Source of the DNA: Mobula hypostoma
Lineage: Eukaryota
Direction: 5' to 3'
DNA length: 64,000 nucleotides
NCBI RefSeq assembly: GCF_963921235.1
Contig: NC_086109.1
Location: 34,784,001-34,848,000 of the forward strand
Shown: positions 59,705-64,000 of the stretch, piece after piece
Position numbering within the stretch: position 1 is the stretch's first letter
Layout: each line of letters begins with the position of its first letter
Position numbers and translations under genes: made by a program
The notes under the pieces: model-generated
What the model was told of the DNA's origin: nothing
The model's input: only the letters and a program-made list of their open reading frames with translations
Database searches by the model: none

Positions 59705-61653
59705 TCAGCAGAGGAGGACAAAGGGCTTAATTAGGAAGGGGAAAAAAGATTATGAGAGAAAACTGGCAGGGAACATAAAAACGGACTGTAAAAGCTTTTA
59801 TAGATATGTAAAAAAGAAAAGACTGGTAAAGACAAATGTAGGTCCCCTGCAGACAGAAACAGGTGAATTGATTATGGGGAGCAAGGACATGGCAGACCAA
59901 TTGAATAATTACTTTGGTTCTGTCTTCACTAAGGAGGACATAAATAATCTTCCAGAAATAGTAGGGGACAGAGGGTCCAGTGAGATGGAGGAACTGAGAG
60001 AAATACATGTTAGTAGGGAAGTGGTGTTAGGTAAATTGAAGGGATTGAAGGCAGATAAATCCCCAGGGCCAGATGGTCTGCATCATAGAGTGCTTAAGGA
60101 AGTAGCCCAAGAAATAGTGGATGCATTAGTGATAATTTTTCAAAACTCGTTAGATTCTGGACTAATTCCTGAGGATTGGAGGGTGGCTAATGTAACTCCA
60201 CTTTTTAAAAAAGAAGGGAGAGAGAAACCGGGGAATTATAGAGCGGTTAGCCTAACGTCGGTGGTGGGGAAACTGCTGGGGTCAGTTATCAAAGATGTGA
60301 TAACAGCACATTTGGAAAGCGGTGAAATGATCGGACAAAGTCAGCATGGATTTGTGAAAGGAAAATCATGTCTGACGAATCTCATAGAATTTTTTGAGGA
60401 TGTAACTAGTAGAGTGGATAGGGGAGAACCAGTGGATGTGGTATATTTGGATTTTCAAAAGGCTTTTGACAAGGTCCCACACAGGAGATTAGTGTGCAAA
60501 CTTAAAGCACACGGTATTGGGGGTAAGGTATTGGTGTGGGTGGAGAATTGGTTAGCAGACAGGAAGCAAAGAGTGGGAATAAACGGGACCTTTTCAGAAT
60601 GGCAGGCGGTGACTAGTGGGGTACCGCAAGGCTCAGTGCTGGGACCCCAGTTGTTTACAATATATATTAATGACTTGGATGAGGGAATTCAATGCAGCAT
60701 CTCCAAGTTTGCGGATGACACGAAGCTGGGTGGCAGTGTTAGCTGTGAGGAGGATGCTAAGAGGATGCAGGGTGACTTGGATAGGTTGGGTGAGTGGGCA
60801 AATTCATGGTAGATGCAATTTAGTGTGGATAAATGTGAAGTTATCCACTTTGGTGGCAAAAATAGGAAAACAGATTATTATCTGAATGGTGGCCGATTAG
60901 GAAAAGGGGAGGTGCAACGAGACCTGGGTGTCATTATACACCAGTCATTGAAAGTGGGCATGCAGGTACAGCAGGCGGTGAAAAAGGCAAATGGTATGCT
61001 GGCATTTATAGCGAAAGGATTCGAGTACAGGAGCAGGGAGGTACTACTGCAGTTGTACAAGGCCTTGGTGAGACCACACTTGGAGTATTGTGTGTAGTTT
61101 TGGTCCCCTAATCTGAGGAAAGACATCCTTGCCATAGAGGGCGTACAAAGAAGGTTCACCAGATTGATTCCTGGGATGGCAGGACTTTCATATGAAGAAA
61201 GACTGGATGAACTGGACTTGTACCCGTTGGAATTTAGAAGATTGAGGGGGGATCTGATTGAAACGTATAAGATCCTAAAGGGATTGGACAGGCTAGATGC
61301 AGGAAGATTGTTCCCGATGTTGGGGAAGTCCAGAACGAGGGGCCACAGTTTGAGGATAGAGGGGAAGCCTTTTAGGACCGAGATTAGGAAAAACTTCTTC
61401 ACACAGAGAGTGGTGAATCTGTGGAATTCTCTGCCACAGGAAACTGTTGAGGCCAGTTCATTGGCTATATTTAAGAGGGAGTTAGATATGGCCCTTGTGG
61501 CTACGGGGATCAGGGGGTATGGAGGGAAGGCTGGGGCGGGGTTCTGAGTTGGATGATCAGCCATGATCATAATAAATGGCGGTGCAGGCTCGAAGGGCCG
61601 AATGGCCTACTCCTGCACCTATTTTCTATGTTTCTATGTTTCTATGTTTCTAT
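59705..61653 (+). mobile_element. 5'-truncated young CR1 subfamily B
   Basis: RT frame 59697-61547 broken only by TAG stops at 60810 and 61095; (TTTCTATG)n tail. Confidence 0.95.
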
Positions 61654-62342
61654 CTGTTTTTGAACTATGGGCAGATTTTATCAGAAGCCATTTTTAATGA
61701 CAGAAGTCAGATTTTCTTTGCACAGAAGCAGTAAGCCTGTCCAGTTTAGTTCATGGAAAGCAATATGAATGTGCAATATACATTTAAAAGAAACCGTTGT
61801 CTGTCATGTAGTCTGCAGTGAGCTTTTTGAGTAACGATTTTCTTTTGTGAAGTGAAAGTTAGATTACACCAGTGCTTTTTTACAGATGTAAACTGAATGC
61901 CTTTGGGCTTAAGATGGTAGGCAATGCTGGTCTGCGCATTCTTCTAGAAGGATGCCTCCTGTTATATTAATAAAGGCTCTTGGGCATTTGTCAGAGGTGC
62001 ATGTCTGAAGTAGTGTTTTCACTGTGCAAACTTTTTCCTGATTTTATTATGTTTTCATAGCCACATTTATAGCAAGATCTTGTATTAATATGGTATTTTA
62101 GTAAGCATCTCAAACAGCATCACATTACTTGTTAAACAAATCCTGAAAGGACGTATTCGGGCAAATGAAGCTTGGGTGAAAGAAATGGGCTTTTAGAAGC
62201 ATCTTTGTGGAGAGATTAGTTTTTATTCAGAGTGGATTCACTCAAAAAAGATGGTCATAATACATTGTAGCTAGTGTTGTTAGTGAATAGAATGTATGGT
62301 CACTTCTGGGATAGAATGTCATACAATGGACCATAGAGTGTA

Positions 62343-62793
62343 CGAGGGGTGATTGATAAGTTTGTGGCCTAAGATAGAAGGAGTCAATTTTAGAAAACCT
62401 AGCACATTTATTTTTCAACATAACCCCCTCCTACGTGTACACACTTAGTCCAGCAGTCATGGAGCATACGGATCCCTTCTTTGTAGAATTGGTCCACAGC
62501 AGGGGTAATTGATAAGTTCATGGCCTAAGGTAGAAGGAGATGAGTTATCATGCATGTGCAGTTCAACTCTTTGAGTGAAAATGCAGAAAGTTTGAAATTA
62601 ATAGCACATCTCCTTCTACCTTAGGCCACGAGCTTATCAATCACCCCTGCTGTGGACCACTTCTACAAAGAAGGGATCTGTACGCTCCATGGCTGCTGGA
62701 CTAAGTGTGTAAATGTAGGAAAAATAAATGTGGCTAGGTTTTCTAAAATTGACTCCTTCTACCTTAGGCCACGAACTTATCAATAACCCCTCG
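62343..62793. mobile_element. Mariner-type MITE with ~200 bp inverted arms
   Basis: TA|CGAGGGGTGATTGATAAGT...ACTTATCAATAACCCCTCG; four copies of the terminal motif. Confidence 0.85.
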
Positions 62794-64000
62794 CTGAAGG
62801 AAGAGTATAAAATTTTACTACCGCTTTCATTGGAGAAATACAATTTACAGAATGCATGATGAAGATTAATTATGCACTTGCAGTTATAATCTTGCAGTTC
62901 ATACCCTACTCTAATCTAAATACTTAATGTAATACAGGTGGAAATAATTGTAAGTGCAATTGATAGTCAAAAATTTAAGGTTTTTCCTCATACCCTAATA
63001 CAGTCTACATGGTTGAGAATCAGTGGAAATGCATATGGTGCTAATATTATAATGATCAATTTTTGACTGTTATCTCTGCTGGAAGTTAAGCATTTTATTT
63101 TCTACAGTGAATAAAAGCATTTGATTCTCTTTATCCTCTGCTTAAACAATACAGTCTTAATAGCATACCCCAGGATAAAGTCCATATAAAATCCTTATTT
63201 CTTTAGCGCTAAGGGATAAATATTGCCTCATATTAGGAGAAGCATAATGATTTAAAAAACATTCCACTGCTTTTCTCCTCTTGAAAATGTGACAGTTTAC
63301 TTGGCCTGTGTATTTGCCTAAAATACCATGCAGGAGAGGAGTAGGAAAGAGTAAATTAACTTGTGGACTGAGGGAAATAGGATTTAACCACAGGTGAAGT
63401 ATACAGTTGCTTATCAAACTGTGGGTAAAGAACTTCATTATGTTCAAAAGTGGGGCAGAGAAACTGAGACAATGGACAGAAATAGATCAGAGTAAATACC
63501 ACTGAATGTGGGCATCAGCACAAGAAGTGGAACAGGATTCTGAATATCAAACTTGTGTGGAAAAGTGGAATTGGAATTTAAACTTGCCACTTGAGTATTT
63601 AGATTTTTATTTCTGTTCCATATGAAGGAAATACAAGGAAGATGGAAAAAAAGTATGATAAGCTAAATATTTTCCTCCTGTGCTATCAATTACCATGATC
63701 ATACATAAACAGTGGCAGAAAATGAACTAAAAAAAAAAATTGATAGCTGGTGACTGGATAGTGGAAATTTTGGAGGAAAGATAATTGAGATTTGTAGCAA
63801 CATGCAATCTGCTGGAGGAACTCAGCAAGTCAAGCAGTGTCAGTGGGAGGACAGTAGAGTAACTGTTGACTTGTCAGGTGTAGAGACCGAAAGTGGAGGA
63901 GCTGGAAGGACAGTGACAAGAAAGGATTATGAGGCAATTAAGATTTTTCTTTGTTTACAAGAGCTAACTGTGTGATACAGTCACATACACAAATGCAACT

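Noticed and set aside
1..64000. CRISPR array, rRNA or prokaryotic operon
   Set aside because: No regularly spaced repeats, rRNA motifs or dense coding; the sequence is eukaryotic repeat-rich DNA

Overview
Repeat-dense vertebrate intronic or intergenic DNA. The repeat mix (CR1, Rex-Babar, RTE and L1 LINEs, Penelope-like elements, tRNA-derived SINEs, Gypsy, hAT, Tc1/mariner) suggests a cartilaginous fish, probably a ray or skate; this is inference. I could not recognise any host protein-coding exon, and nearly every long ORF is a transposon remnant or its antisense shadow. Main points of interest: (1) intact minimal type I hammerhead ribozymes at the 3' ends of Neptune-type Penelope elements, plus head-to-head palindromic derivatives and a ~106 nt insertion that begins within a few nt of the predicted cleavage site; (2) a decayed, same-strand pair of reading frames at 18.05-19.8 kb matching no repeat I recognise, possibly an endogenous viral or exotic mobile cassette; (3) two copies of a non-autonomous hAT with 6-bp target-site duplications (TSDs), a BED-finger first exon and a duplicated internal terminus; (4) a repeat-poor block with a CTCF motif and an NF-kB/E-box cluster. 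Family assignments are by eye, and boundaries of old repeats are approximate.
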